From an uncultured Gammaproteobacteria bacterium (lineage in GTDB: Bacteria > Patescibacteriota > Microgenomatia > Levybacterales > UBA12049): a DNA stretch of 60,253 nt. A program made the translations under genes and the position numbers. The first letter of the stretch is position 1. Each line of letters begins with the position of its first letter. The notes under the pieces are model-generated. The model was not told the DNA's origin. It searched no databases and worked only from the letters and a program-made list of their open reading frames with translations. This document shows positions 44,705 through 53,438 of the stretch, one piece after another. The DNA lies in the NCBI GenBank assembly GCA_964533055.1, contig CAZHKZ010000001.1, positions 48,417-108,669 of the forward strand. Reading direction: 5' to 3'.

Positions 44705-45619
44705 ATGACTATATCTATCATAATTGTTGCATACAATACTCGAGAGCTTGTCCGTGATTGCTTGGCTTCTCTGAAGAAAGCCGAGGCTTCTCTGAAGAAG
44801 GCAGGATACAGCATGCAGGTGATTGTTTCTGATAATGGGTCTGATGATACAGGAGAGATGGTGAAGAAGGAATTCTCATCAGTGCTGTACCAAAAAAATG
44901 AAAATGTGGGATTTGCTAAAGGCAATAATATTGTTAAAGATCTTTGCAAGGGCACATTTATCCTGATGCTCAATCCTGATACTCGGGTTGAAGATGACAC
45001 TCTTCCAGAATCACTGCGCTATATGGAGTCACACCCAGATGTTGGTGCGATGACTTGTAAGATAGAGATGTCTGATGGAAGTTTAGACAAGGATGCAAGG
45101 CGATCGTTTCCAACCCCATGGGTGGCGTTTACTCATATAACAAAGCTGGATCGGCTCTTCCCTACCTCAAGGCTCTTTGCAAGATATTGGTATGGTTATC
45201 TGCCTGAGGATAAAGAGTCGGAGGTCGATGTTCTTGAAGGCGCGTACTGTCTCGTGAGACGAAGTACGCTTGACGAGATCGGATGGTATGACGAAGACTA
45301 CTTCCTCAACGGCGAAGACATCGATCTTTGTTGGAAGATAAAAGAGACCGGGAAAAAGATCATATATTATCCAGATGTTAAGATCTATCATTTTAAGGGT
45401 GCAACAAAAGGTAAATCTCAAAATAAAGCAGGTGCTATTAAAGTGGACAAGGCTACAAAGAGAAAAGTAATAGTGGCTGGAAGCGATGCAATGAAGATTT
45501 TTTACAATAAAAGGCTGAAAAATAAGTATTCTCCTCTAACGACAGGACTTATTCTTTCTGGAATCTTCGTCATGAAGCAAATTCGCCTTGCACGATTTAA
45601 TTTCCTCAATAAAGTCTAA
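44705..45619 (+). CDS. glycosyltransferase family 2 (rhamnosyltransferase-like)
   Basis: IIIVAYNTRELV N-terminus, DNGSDD and NGEDIDLCWK. Contains an in-frame 21-nt tandem duplication (ASLKKAE/ASLKKAG, 44765-44806). Confidence 0.88.
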   Translation: MTISIIIVAYNTRELVRDCLASLKKAEASLKKAGYSMQVIVSDNGSDDTGEMVKKEFSSVLYQKNENVGFAKGNNIVKDLCKGTFILMLNPDTRVEDDTLPESLRYMESHPDVGAMTCKIEMSDGSLDKDARRSFPTPWVAFTHITKLDRLFPTSRLFARYWYGYLPEDKESEVDVLEGAYCLVRRSTLDEIGWYDEDYFLNGEDIDLCWKIKETGKKIIYYPDVKIYHFKGATKGKSQNKAGAIKVDKATKRKVIVAGSDAMKIFYNKRLKNKYSPLTTGLILSGIFVMKQIRLARFNFLNKV

Positions 45620-45622
45620 ATT

Positions 45623-46159
45623 ATGATCAACTTCCAAGATTCATTTAGTTTTTGCTATCGCTGTGGTTCTGCGCTTATAAAGCGAAATGACGATAGCTTT
45701 ATTTGCACTTCGTGTTCTCATGTTACTTATCCTAGTCCTTCAGCCTGTAATGCTGTCTTTCTTGAGAATGACAACGGAGAGATTTTATTGGTTGAGCGTG
45801 GTCGGGAGCCAAGAAAGGGCACATGGGATGCTGCGGGTGGTTTTATCAAGCCATTTGAAGATTACAAAATATCAGTTCGACGTGAGATCAAAGAAGAGCT
45901 TTCGATTGAGATTGATCAGATTAAGATTTTTGGTTCATATCCAGATCATTATGTGTACCAGGGCATCGATGTAGCGACAATTTCAATATTTAGTACAGCC
46001 AAGATTGTGTCAAAAGACATTAAGGCTGGCGATGATGTATCAGGATACTCTTTTTTTACACCTGATCAGGCTCTGGAGCTAGATCTTTCATTCCCTTCAA
46101 TTAAAGTCGCACTTCAAGACTATATACTCTTCAAAAAGAATATGCCTGAGTTTGAATAG
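45623..46159 (+). CDS. NUDIX hydrolase with an N-terminal zinc ribbon (NudC-like)
   Basis: CYRCGS...CTSCSH ribbon. Nudix box GGFIKPFEDYKISVRREIKEEL. Confidence 0.8.
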   Translation: MINFQDSFSFCYRCGSALIKRNDDSFICTSCSHVTYPSPSACNAVFLENDNGEILLVERGREPRKGTWDAAGGFIKPFEDYKISVRREIKEELSIEIDQIKIFGSYPDHYVYQGIDVATISIFSTAKIVSKDIKAGDDVSGYSFFTPDQALELDLSFPSIKVALQDYILFKKNMPEFE

Positions 46160-46186
46160 TCTTACCATAGCGTGTAGAATAGCTCT

Positions 46187-46537
46187 ATGAAGGGACATCT
46201 CAGAACTGCAGAAGCACTCGCCTCACTCCTAGATACAAAGTTCAAGATCTTTGGGATTACATTTGGACTGGATCCACTCTTGGATCTTGTACCTTGGCTT
46301 GGAGATGTGGTCGGATTGGTTCTCTCCTCCTATTTAATTTGGATAGGCTTTACGATGCGTATTCCTCGTGAGGAATTGGTGCGCATGGTCATAAATGTCG
46401 TAATCGATTTTTTGATTGGCCTTGTACCATTCCTTGGATTTGTAGGAGATATTTTTTATAAAGCCAACATTCGTAATATTAAGATTTTGAAAAAATATGA
46501 TGAGAAGAAAATTATTGAGGGTGAAATTGTTGGTTGA
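46187..46537 (+). CDS. DUF4112-like membrane protein
   Basis: LDTKFKIFGITFGLDPLLDLVPWLGDVVG motif. TAGAAT lies 6 nt before the ATG. Confidence 0.7.
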   Translation: MKGHLRTAEALASLLDTKFKIFGITFGLDPLLDLVPWLGDVVGLVLSSYLIWIGFTMRIPREELVRMVINVVIDFLIGLVPFLGFVGDIFYKANIRNIKILKKYDEKKIIEGEIVG

Positions 46538-46583
46538 TTTGTAGCCTTCCCCTTTCAACAATTGCTATAATATACTTTGTATC

Positions 46584-47786
46584 ATGGTAATTGGATTTTT
46601 TACAGATGGATATTTCCCCCAACTTAATGGTGTGGCCACTTCCGTTGATGGATGTGCAAAGGCCTTAGAGGCTTTAGGACACACTGTTTATATCATTGCC
46701 CCAAGCTATCCTAATACGAAAGATACATCCCCACATATTATGCGAATTGCCTCTGTAAAGTATCCAGAGAATCCAGAGATACGTATAGCGACGTATCTAC
46801 CAGGCAAATCAATTGTTTTAGCTTCTAAAATTAATTTTGATATTATTCATGGCCACACTGGCGGTCCACTTACCATGCTTGGATTTGAAGTTGCTAAGTT
46901 CAAGCGAGTACCTTTTGTCGTAACATATCACACGCTTTGGAATCAGTATATGCACTATGTAATGAAAGGGAAAATAATTACCCCTAAAATGACAGAAATC
47001 GCTAGCAGAATTTTTGGGAATAGGTGTGACACTGTTATAGTTCCAACAAAGAAGGTCAGAATGGAGTTGCTTTCATATGGTATCGCAAAGCCGATTAGAA
47101 CAATCTCAAATGGGCTTGATCTCAATCGTTTTAGGAATGGTTCCCCCACTTTTCTGCGTGAGAAATATAAGGTCAAACCCTCAACAAAAATTATTCTCTT
47201 TGTTGGAAGGCTCGGTAAAGAAAAATCAATTACGTATCTTCTTGATGCATATAAGGAAATCCTGCGAAAGATTCCTGATAGTATTTTTATGATTGTTGGA
47301 AATGGTACTGAGGAAAAAGCACTTAAAGATTATGCCGCAGATCTAGGTCTCACAAAGAACGTACTTTTTACTGGTGGAGTGTTATTTAAAGATATGCCAT
47401 CGATTTATAGAGGTGCTGATATCTTTGTTTTTGCATCAAAGACTGAGACGCAGGGTGTTGTTGTACTTGAAGCTATGGCATCTGGTGTACCTGTAGTGAC
47501 AGTAAAGGATGATGCGTATGGTGAGATATTTAAAGAAGGTAAAGGTGGAGTAATGGTATCTGGCGATGCTACTGAATTCGCTGCTGAGGTTGTTTCACTT
47601 TTATCTGATGCAAAAAAAAGAAAAGAGATGATTGATGAATCTCAAAAAATAGTTGAAGAGCATTCAATTCTAGCTACAGCAAAAGAGTTGGAGAGTCTTT
47701 ATACTGCACTTATCGCAAAGAATAAAAAGAAAGGATCAATCTCCAAAAGAATCTCTGGATATTTTTCGCGGGCTATTAGTAAATGA
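46584..47786 (+). CDS. GT4 glycosyltransferase, diacylglycerol glucosyltransferase-like
   Basis: MVIGFFTDGYFPQLNGVATSV N-terminus (alMGS-like). ETQGVVVLEAMASGVPVV. Confidence 0.85.
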   Translation: MVIGFFTDGYFPQLNGVATSVDGCAKALEALGHTVYIIAPSYPNTKDTSPHIMRIASVKYPENPEIRIATYLPGKSIVLASKINFDIIHGHTGGPLTMLGFEVAKFKRVPFVVTYHTLWNQYMHYVMKGKIITPKMTEIASRIFGNRCDTVIVPTKKVRMELLSYGIAKPIRTISNGLDLNRFRNGSPTFLREKYKVKPSTKIILFVGRLGKEKSITYLLDAYKEILRKIPDSIFMIVGNGTEEKALKDYAADLGLTKNVLFTGGVLFKDMPSIYRGADIFVFASKTETQGVVVLEAMASGVPVVTVKDDAYGEIFKEGKGGVMVSGDATEFAAEVVSLLSDAKKRKEMIDESQKIVEEHSILATAKELESLYTALIAKNKKKGSISKRISGYFSRAISK

Positions 47787-48919
47787 AGTACGACATTGTT
47801 ATTGTTGGGGCAGGGATTTCGGGAGCTACTTTGGCTGAACGATTTGCAAATAAGCTCAATAAGAAAGTTCTTGTTCTTGAGAAAAGAGAGCATATTGGTG
47901 GTAACTGCTACGATCACATTGATGAGGCAGGTATTCTAGTCTCAAAATATGCTGCACATATTTTTCATACCTCATATGAAGATGTCTGGCAGTATGTAAA
48001 TAAATTCTCCCGCTGGCATCCATATTTTCATAAAGTTCTGAGCATGGTTGATGGTAAGTTGGTTCCCATTCCTGTAAACATCACGACTGTTAATACTCTT
48101 TTTAATCTTTCACTTAAAAATGAAGAGGAGATGAAGGCTTGGTTAGCAGAGCAAGTTGTAAAGATAGATCATCCTAAAAATGGAGAAGAGTCAGCGCTCT
48201 CCCGTGTTGGACCTATACTTTACGAAAAAATGTTTAAGAACTATACGACAAAGCAGTGGGACACTGACCCCAAAAATTTAGACAAGTCTATTCTTGATCG
48301 CATTCCAGTTCGTTTTGATTTTAACGATCAGTATTTTAGCGATCCACATCAGGCTATGCCTACCGATGGATATACAAGAATTTTTGAGAACATGCTCAAT
48401 AATCCAAATATCACTGTAATGCTTAACACTGATTATTTCTCAATTCAAAAAGACATCGAGGATTATGAGCAGCTCTTCTTTACAGGTCCTATCGACCAAT
48501 TCTTTGGTTACAAATTAGGCAAGAAATTGCAGTATCGCTCACTTCGTTTTGAGTTTGAGACGCTTGATAAGGAATATTTCCAATCAAATTCTGTGATTAA
48601 CTATCCAAATGAAAATGACTTTACAAGAATCGTAGAGTTCAAATATCTCACAGGACAACAGCATGCGAAGACCACGATTGTACGTGAATATCCAACCTGG
48701 GAGGGAGAGCCTTACTATCCAGTTATTAATCCCGAGAATTTAGCCCTATTTGATGAATATGCGAAGGAAGCAAATAAATCAGAGACTGGGAAAGTCCATT
48801 TTGTTGGAAGACTGGCTAACTATAAATACTTTAATATGGATCAGGCTTTTAAGAATTCTTTAGATCTCTTCTATCGCCTAAATCCAACAGTTACTGTAGA
48901 ATATATGCAGAATGAGTAA
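47783..48919 (+). CDS. glf: UDP-galactopyranose mutase
   Basis: YDIVIVGAGISGATLAERFA...GGNCYD FAD-binding N-terminus. Length and C-terminal NYKYFNMDQ typical of UGM. ATGA overlap with the upstream gene. Confidence 0.92.
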   Translation: MKYDIVIVGAGISGATLAERFANKLNKKVLVLEKREHIGGNCYDHIDEAGILVSKYAAHIFHTSYEDVWQYVNKFSRWHPYFHKVLSMVDGKLVPIPVNITTVNTLFNLSLKNEEEMKAWLAEQVVKIDHPKNGEESALSRVGPILYEKMFKNYTTKQWDTDPKNLDKSILDRIPVRFDFNDQYFSDPHQAMPTDGYTRIFENMLNNPNITVMLNTDYFSIQKDIEDYEQLFFTGPIDQFFGYKLGKKLQYRSLRFEFETLDKEYFQSNSVINYPNENDFTRIVEFKYLTGQQHAKTTIVREYPTWEGEPYYPVINPENLALFDEYAKEANKSETGKVHFVGRLANYKYFNMDQAFKNSLDLFYRLNPTVTVEYMQNE

Positions 48920-49622
48920 AAAGGTACGTATTTCTGTCGTCATTGCTGCCTATAATGAGGCAAAATATATTAAAACAGTCCTCACAGCGCTTGCCTCCCA
49001 GACTATCAAAGACTTCGAACTTATTGTTGTTGATAATAATTCAAGCGATGCTACATCGAGTATTGCCCGACAGTTGGGCGCTAAAGTGTTTTTGGAGAAA
49101 AAGCAGGGCTACGTCTTTGCTGTTGAGAGAGGGCTCAGGGAGGCTACAGGCGACATCCTTGCTGTTACTGACTCAGACACGTCCCCAGATCGTGATTGGC
49201 TCGAGAAAATACTCCATGCATTTGAAGATAAGAGTGTTGTTGCCGTGACTGGATCAGTAAAATATAAAGACGCAGGATTCTGGGGTAATTTGCTCACATA
49301 TCCGATCTATACTCTTTTTCTGTGGGCTAATTTTTTTGTGGGTAAGCCCCACATGACAGGGACTAGTTTGGCGATGCGAAAAGAAGTGTATCTTAAAGCG
49401 GGTGGACTGGATACGAGATATAAGATAAGCGCAGACGTTGAGATAGGACTCAGGCTTAAAAAATATGGTAAGGTGGTATTCCTGCCAACACTCTCGGTTG
49501 TGGCATCATCGCGTCGATGGAGTACTCAAAAAAGTAATAACTTTCTTAAATACACAAAAGCCTATTTTGAGACTGTTTGGTTTGGTAAGCCACCGCTTGA
49601 AGATCTAAAACCGGTTCGATAA
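48912..49622 (+). CDS. GT2 glycosyltransferase (paralogue 1)
   Basis: ISVVIAAYNEAKYI, VDNNSSD, DSD. Colinear paralogue of the next gene. Confidence 0.88.
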   Translation: MSKKVRISVVIAAYNEAKYIKTVLTALASQTIKDFELIVVDNNSSDATSSIARQLGAKVFLEKKQGYVFAVERGLREATGDILAVTDSDTSPDRDWLEKILHAFEDKSVVAVTGSVKYKDAGFWGNLLTYPIYTLFLWANFFVGKPHMTGTSLAMRKEVYLKAGGLDTRYKISADVEIGLRLKKYGKVVFLPTLSVVASSRRWSTQKSNNFLKYTKAYFETVWFGKPPLEDLKPVR

Positions 49623-49623
49623 T

Positions 49624-50334
49624 ATGCAATACGATCCTCATATCACAGTAGTCATTCCCGCATATAATGAAGAGAAGAACCTTCCCCATGCACTTGAAAG
49701 TCTTTCAAAGCAAACATATAAAAATTTTGATGTGATCGTAGCTGATAATAATTCTACGGACTCGACTCCTCAAATAATTAAGGAACATAAGGCACAACGA
49801 GTACTTGTCACCCAAAAAGGATATGTTTTTGCGCTGGATAGTGGTATGCGCCAGGCAAGTGGAGAAATTATCTCAGTTACAGATGCTGATACAAGAGTAA
49901 GTAGTGATTGGTTGGAAGAAATTGCTAGAGTATTCTCAGATAGCCAAGTAGTGGGATTAACCGGCTCTATTGCAATTCAGGATAAAAGCCTCTTTAGTAA
50001 ATTGCTGGACCTCCTTTATGGAGGTTTTCTTTTGATTCACTTTAGCATTGGTAAGCCACATCTGATTGGTTTTAATTTTGCAGTGAGAAAAGAGGCATTT
50101 TTGAAAGCAGGAGGACTTGATAAGAAATATACCATGAGTCCTGATGTGGATCTTGGTCTAAGACTTAAAAAGTACGGTAAATTAGTCTTTGCTAAGAAGG
50201 TAAAGATTGTACCGTCGATGAGGCGATGGGAGGATAGCGCATCAAAAGCTTTTATTGAATATGCGAAGGGGTACTTTTATGCTCTTTGGTTTCGTAAACC
50301 ACCCCCAGTTACCCAGACAATAATAAGAGACTAA
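49624..50334 (+). CDS. GT2 glycosyltransferase (paralogue 2)
   Basis: ITVVIPAYNEEKNL, ADNNSTD, DAD. Same length (236 aa) as paralogue 1. Confidence 0.88.
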   Translation: MQYDPHITVVIPAYNEEKNLPHALESLSKQTYKNFDVIVADNNSTDSTPQIIKEHKAQRVLVTQKGYVFALDSGMRQASGEIISVTDADTRVSSDWLEEIARVFSDSQVVGLTGSIAIQDKSLFSKLLDLLYGGFLLIHFSIGKPHLIGFNFAVRKEAFLKAGGLDKKYTMSPDVDLGLRLKKYGKLVFAKKVKIVPSMRRWEDSASKAFIEYAKGYFYALWFRKPPPVTQTIIRD

Positions 50335-50342
50335 AATTCAAG

Positions 50343-50377
50343 AACTAGGAATCAGGAACTAGGAGCTAGTTAGGTAT
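50343..50377. repeat. heptanucleotide tandem repeat (AACTAGG AATCAGG AACTAGG AGCTAGT TAGGTAT)
   Basis: Five 7-nt units directly after the glycan operon stop. Confidence 0.7.
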
Positions 50378-50478
50378 ATTTTTTGATACAACTGACTCCT
50401 AATTCCTATTAACTAATTTCTGGTTAATTTCTTGACATTCTCTACGGGTATGATACGCTGAATAGTAATAAATAGGTA

Positions 50479-50838
50479 ATGATTATGCAGTCTGTTCTCT
50501 TCTTTATCATCGCTCTTCTTGCTGGATATTATTTTTCCGTATATGTTTCTAAGCCAATTGAAAAGGACGGTTATAAAAGACCAAATAGGCTTCCTACTCT
50601 CAAGTTCAAAAATATCGAGATACTCCCTTGTGTGAGGCTCCATATCCGCTCAAAAACCTATTGGGTACATCATTGGTTTTACCTTTCAGTTATTGTTATC
50701 GGTGCATTTCTTATTTATGACAATTTAATTCACGTCACAACTGCCAAGGCATTTGCAGGAGCATCTGTCGGCGGGATCATTCAGGGACTGCGCTATCCAG
50801 ATAGATTTAAATTCCGTCATCCTCGAATTAGGAAATAA
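50479..50838 (+). CDS. small membrane protein (119 aa)
   Basis: Three hydrophobic helices. No family recognised. Confidence 0.55.
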   Translation: MIMQSVLFFIIALLAGYYFSVYVSKPIEKDGYKRPNRLPTLKFKNIEILPCVRLHIRSKTYWVHHWFYLSVIVIGAFLIYDNLIHVTTAKAFAGASVGGIIQGLRYPDRFKFRHPRIRK

Positions 50839-50883
50839 GTCATTCATTTTGTATATCAATCTATATCAATATTTCAAAAGTTC

Positions 50884-50912
50884 TTGACAAGGATTCTTTG
50901 AATTGTTACTAT
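50884..50912 (+). promoter_or_regulatory. sigma70-type promoter
   Basis: TTGACA-17 nt-TACTAT. Confidence 0.65.
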
Positions 50913-50956
50913 CCCATTCATCTGCTCTGCCCTATAGGTGGAGCTTTTTATTTACA

Positions 50957-51580
50957 ATGGATAATTTATCACAAGCACACAAAAGATCTCGTTCACTCCC
51001 CTCTTTCCGTGTCCTAAAAAATAAATACAAAGGATCGCTATATATCCCTTTTGCTCTTGTCGGACTTATCGTTTTAGTTATCGTAGGATTCTCACTACGA
51101 AACGTATATTCAGCAAAGTCACCTACATCAAGCGCTGCTGGGCAAGTGTCACTTGAGAAAGCGAAAAAAACTGAGGATCTCAACAAGACATTCGCATTCT
51201 CATTGAGAGATCAAACTGGAAAAGAAGTAAGTAAAGTTAAGTATCTTCTAAAATCTGCTGAGATAAGAGATGAGATCTTAGTTAAAGGACAGAAGGCGTA
51301 TGCAGTAGAGGGAAGAACATTCCTTATCCTTAATATAAAGATTACAAATAGCTATGAAAAGCCTGTCCAGATCAACGCAAGAGACTATATAAGAATGACT
51401 GTTAATAACAATCCAGAAAAGATAGCTCCAGAAATTCATAGTGATCCAGCTGAGGTACAAGCTATTTCCACAAAAGAGACACGAGTTGGTTTTGCAATTA
51501 ACAAAACAGACAAGAACCTTGTTCTTCAAATTGGAGAAGTTAAAGGAAGTAAAGAAACAATTAAGCTCCATATACAATAA
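50957..51580 (+). CDS. membrane-anchored DUF4352-like (Ig-fold) protein
   Basis: N-terminal TM segment after a basic stretch. RTFLILNIKITNSYEKPVQINARDYIRM resembles the DUF4352 core. Start trimmed to the ATG at 50957. Confidence 0.7.
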   Translation: MDNLSQAHKRSRSLPSFRVLKNKYKGSLYIPFALVGLIVLVIVGFSLRNVYSAKSPTSSAAGQVSLEKAKKTEDLNKTFAFSLRDQTGKEVSKVKYLLKSAEIRDEILVKGQKAYAVEGRTFLILNIKITNSYEKPVQINARDYIRMTVNNNPEKIAPEIHSDPAEVQAISTKETRVGFAINKTDKNLVLQIGEVKGSKETIKLHIQ

Positions 51581-51588
51581 ATAAACAT

Positions 51589-51783
51589 ATGAATGATTAT
51601 TCGACCAAGAAGGTGAATGCATTATTAATGGAAGAGATCTCAGAAGCGCTTGCAAATATCAGGGGTTGGGGTAGCGTTGAGATCTATGTTCAGGATTTTA
51701 AAGTTGTTCAGATTACAGAGAGAAATATCAAAAAAACTCCATCAAATATTTCTCATTCACAAACTGTGAAAATTGGGTCTTGA
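51589..51783 (+). CDS. YezD/DUF2292-family small protein
   Basis: WGSVEIYVQDFKVVQITE motif. Confidence 0.7.
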   Translation: MNDYSTKKVNALLMEEISEALANIRGWGSVEIYVQDFKVVQITERNIKKTPSNISHSQTVKIGS

Positions 51784-51809
51784 CAACAGATTTTCACATC
51801 GACTATAGT
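51780..51809 (+). promoter_or_regulatory. sigma70-type promoter of the repeat-protein operon leader
   Basis: TTGACA-18 nt-TATAGT. Confidence 0.6.
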
Positions 51810-51815
51810 TTGCTT

Positions 51816-51987
51816 AGTTAACAGGGTTAACAACTTAAATAAATAGAAATTGCTGACCGTACACGGAAGCACCCACATTTTTTGTGAGGTGCTTTTTTTA
51901 TTAGAAAAATGACAAATACTAACAACAAATACAAAACGATGATCCCATGCTCTTCTCTTTAGAGGTGAACGTGGGATTTTCGTTTTT
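51816..51987 (+). promoter_or_regulatory. structured leader with two successive terminator-like hairpins and a 17-codon Thr/Asn-rich uORF
   Basis: GTTAAC-AGG-GTTAAC hairpin. GCACCCAC...GTGAGGTGC plus T7 (51869-51899). uORF ATG 51909..TAG 51962 (MTNTNNKYKTMIPCSSL), whose 3' end enters the ATCCCA...TGGGAT hairpin plus TTTTCGTTTTT (51942-51987). Confidence 0.45.
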
Positions 51988-52076
51988 ATCTAACCTTCAG
52001 GTGTAGATAAGGGCGGAAAGAAGTGCTCAAGCTTAAAAAACTTGAGATTATCGTCGAGAGAGGGGGTGATTTAATT

Positions 52077-53324
52077 ATGACAAACTATAAAACAAGAATT
52101 ACAACAGCTATTGCAACCGGATCAGTCTTACTCCAAGCATTAGCAGGTATAACACACGCTTCAACAATTGAAATCTCTGGAAACGGAGCAGGTTCAAACA
52201 ATGGAGTTGCTGTTAACCAGGTAAGTACAACTCAGGTGTCTCAAACAAACACAGCTAACGTTAGTAATAACGTTAATTCTTCTGCTAATACAGGAGGAAA
52301 TGATGCTAACTTCAACACAGGTGGTAACGTAACAGTTAACACAGGTGCAGCTAACGTCAGTGCTAATGTTTCAAACAATCTTAACTCTAACGCAGCTAGT
52401 GTAAACTGCTGTGCAAATAATGGAGGTACGAATGTTGAAGTTTCTGGAAACGGAGCTTTTTCAGACAACCAAGTTGGAGTTAACCAAACACACACAACAG
52501 CTGTATCTCAAGGCAATGCTGCTAACGTTAACAATAACGTTAATGGTAAAGCTAACACAGGCTACAACGATGCTGGTTTTAACACCGGTGGAGATGTAAC
52601 TGTTAGTACAGGAAAAGCATCAGTTCATTCTGATGTTTCTACTCAAGCTAACACTAACTGGGCACACGTTGGCTCAGATATGCCTATGGTAGGTACAGGT
52701 AATGACGTCAGTCTTAAGATCGTTGGAAACGGCGCAGGTAGTGAAAACACAATTGGAGCTACTCTCGCTAACACAACAGCTCTTACTCAGTCAAATGAAG
52801 CAAACGTTAATAACAATGTAGATGCGAAAGCAAATTCAGGTAAGAACGATGCTAACTTTAACACTGGAGGAGATGTTGTTATCCACACAGGAAACGCTGA
52901 AATTACAACAGACGTTGATAACGCTGTAAATTTCAACGCAGCTGATGTTGATTGCGGTTGTGCGTATGACCTCACAGCAAAGATTGCAGGAAATGGTGCA
53001 GCAGCTGGATATCAAAGTTCAGATGCTAACACAATTGCTGCTAATTTGATCAGTGCTCAGTCACTTGGTCAGGGTAACGGTTCAAACTTGAACAATAACC
53101 TTAATGATGAGGCAAAAACTGGAAAGAATGAGGCTAGTAAGAACACAGGTGAGGCTAATACCGATCCATCAGTTGTTACTGGAAATGCTTCTTCCCACAC
53201 ATCAGTAGACAATACAGGCAACACCAATATCATTGGTAGCCTTCCAGTTCTTCCAAATCTTCCTAATTTCGATTTCGATTTTAATTGGGCAGGATTCTGG
53301 GGATTCTGGGGTATGTCACTTTAA
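52077..53324 (+). CDS. secreted Asn/Gly/Thr-rich repeat protein A (4 GNGA...NTGG modules, aromatic C-terminal tail)
   Basis: SD GAGGGGGTGAT before the ATG at 52077. Signal peptide ...LAGITHA. Four ~90-aa modules. C-terminus FDFDFNWAGFWGFWGMSL. Confidence 0.85.
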   Translation: MTNYKTRITTAIATGSVLLQALAGITHASTIEISGNGAGSNNGVAVNQVSTTQVSQTNTANVSNNVNSSANTGGNDANFNTGGNVTVNTGAANVSANVSNNLNSNAASVNCCANNGGTNVEVSGNGAFSDNQVGVNQTHTTAVSQGNAANVNNNVNGKANTGYNDAGFNTGGDVTVSTGKASVHSDVSTQANTNWAHVGSDMPMVGTGNDVSLKIVGNGAGSENTIGATLANTTALTQSNEANVNNNVDAKANSGKNDANFNTGGDVVIHTGNAEITTDVDNAVNFNAADVDCGCAYDLTAKIAGNGAAAGYQSSDANTIAANLISAQSLGQGNGSNLNNNLNDEAKTGKNEASKNTGEANTDPSVVTGNASSHTSVDNTGNTNIIGSLPVLPNLPNFDFDFNWAGFWGFWGMSL

Positions 53325-53390
53325 TGTAGATCTTGAATGTAGGGAGACTTTACTAGCACTTCAGTAGAGTCCCCTACAGACAAGAATAAA

Positions 53391-53438
53391 CAGGAAACAG
53401 GAAACAGGAAACAGGAAATAAAATAAAATAAAATAAAA
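53391..53438 (+). repeat. two adjacent microsatellites, (CAGGAAA)x4 then (TAAAA)x4, ending in the A of the start codon
   Basis: Read directly: CAGGAAACAGGAAACAGGAAACAGGAAATAAAATAAAATAAAATAAAATG. Confidence 0.9.

Noticed and set aside
53391-53438. CRISPR-like array or other spacer-repeat structure among the short tandem repeats.
   Set aside because: The units are 5-7 nt, contiguous and without spacers. No cas genes and no 25-40-nt repeats occur anywhere in the window.
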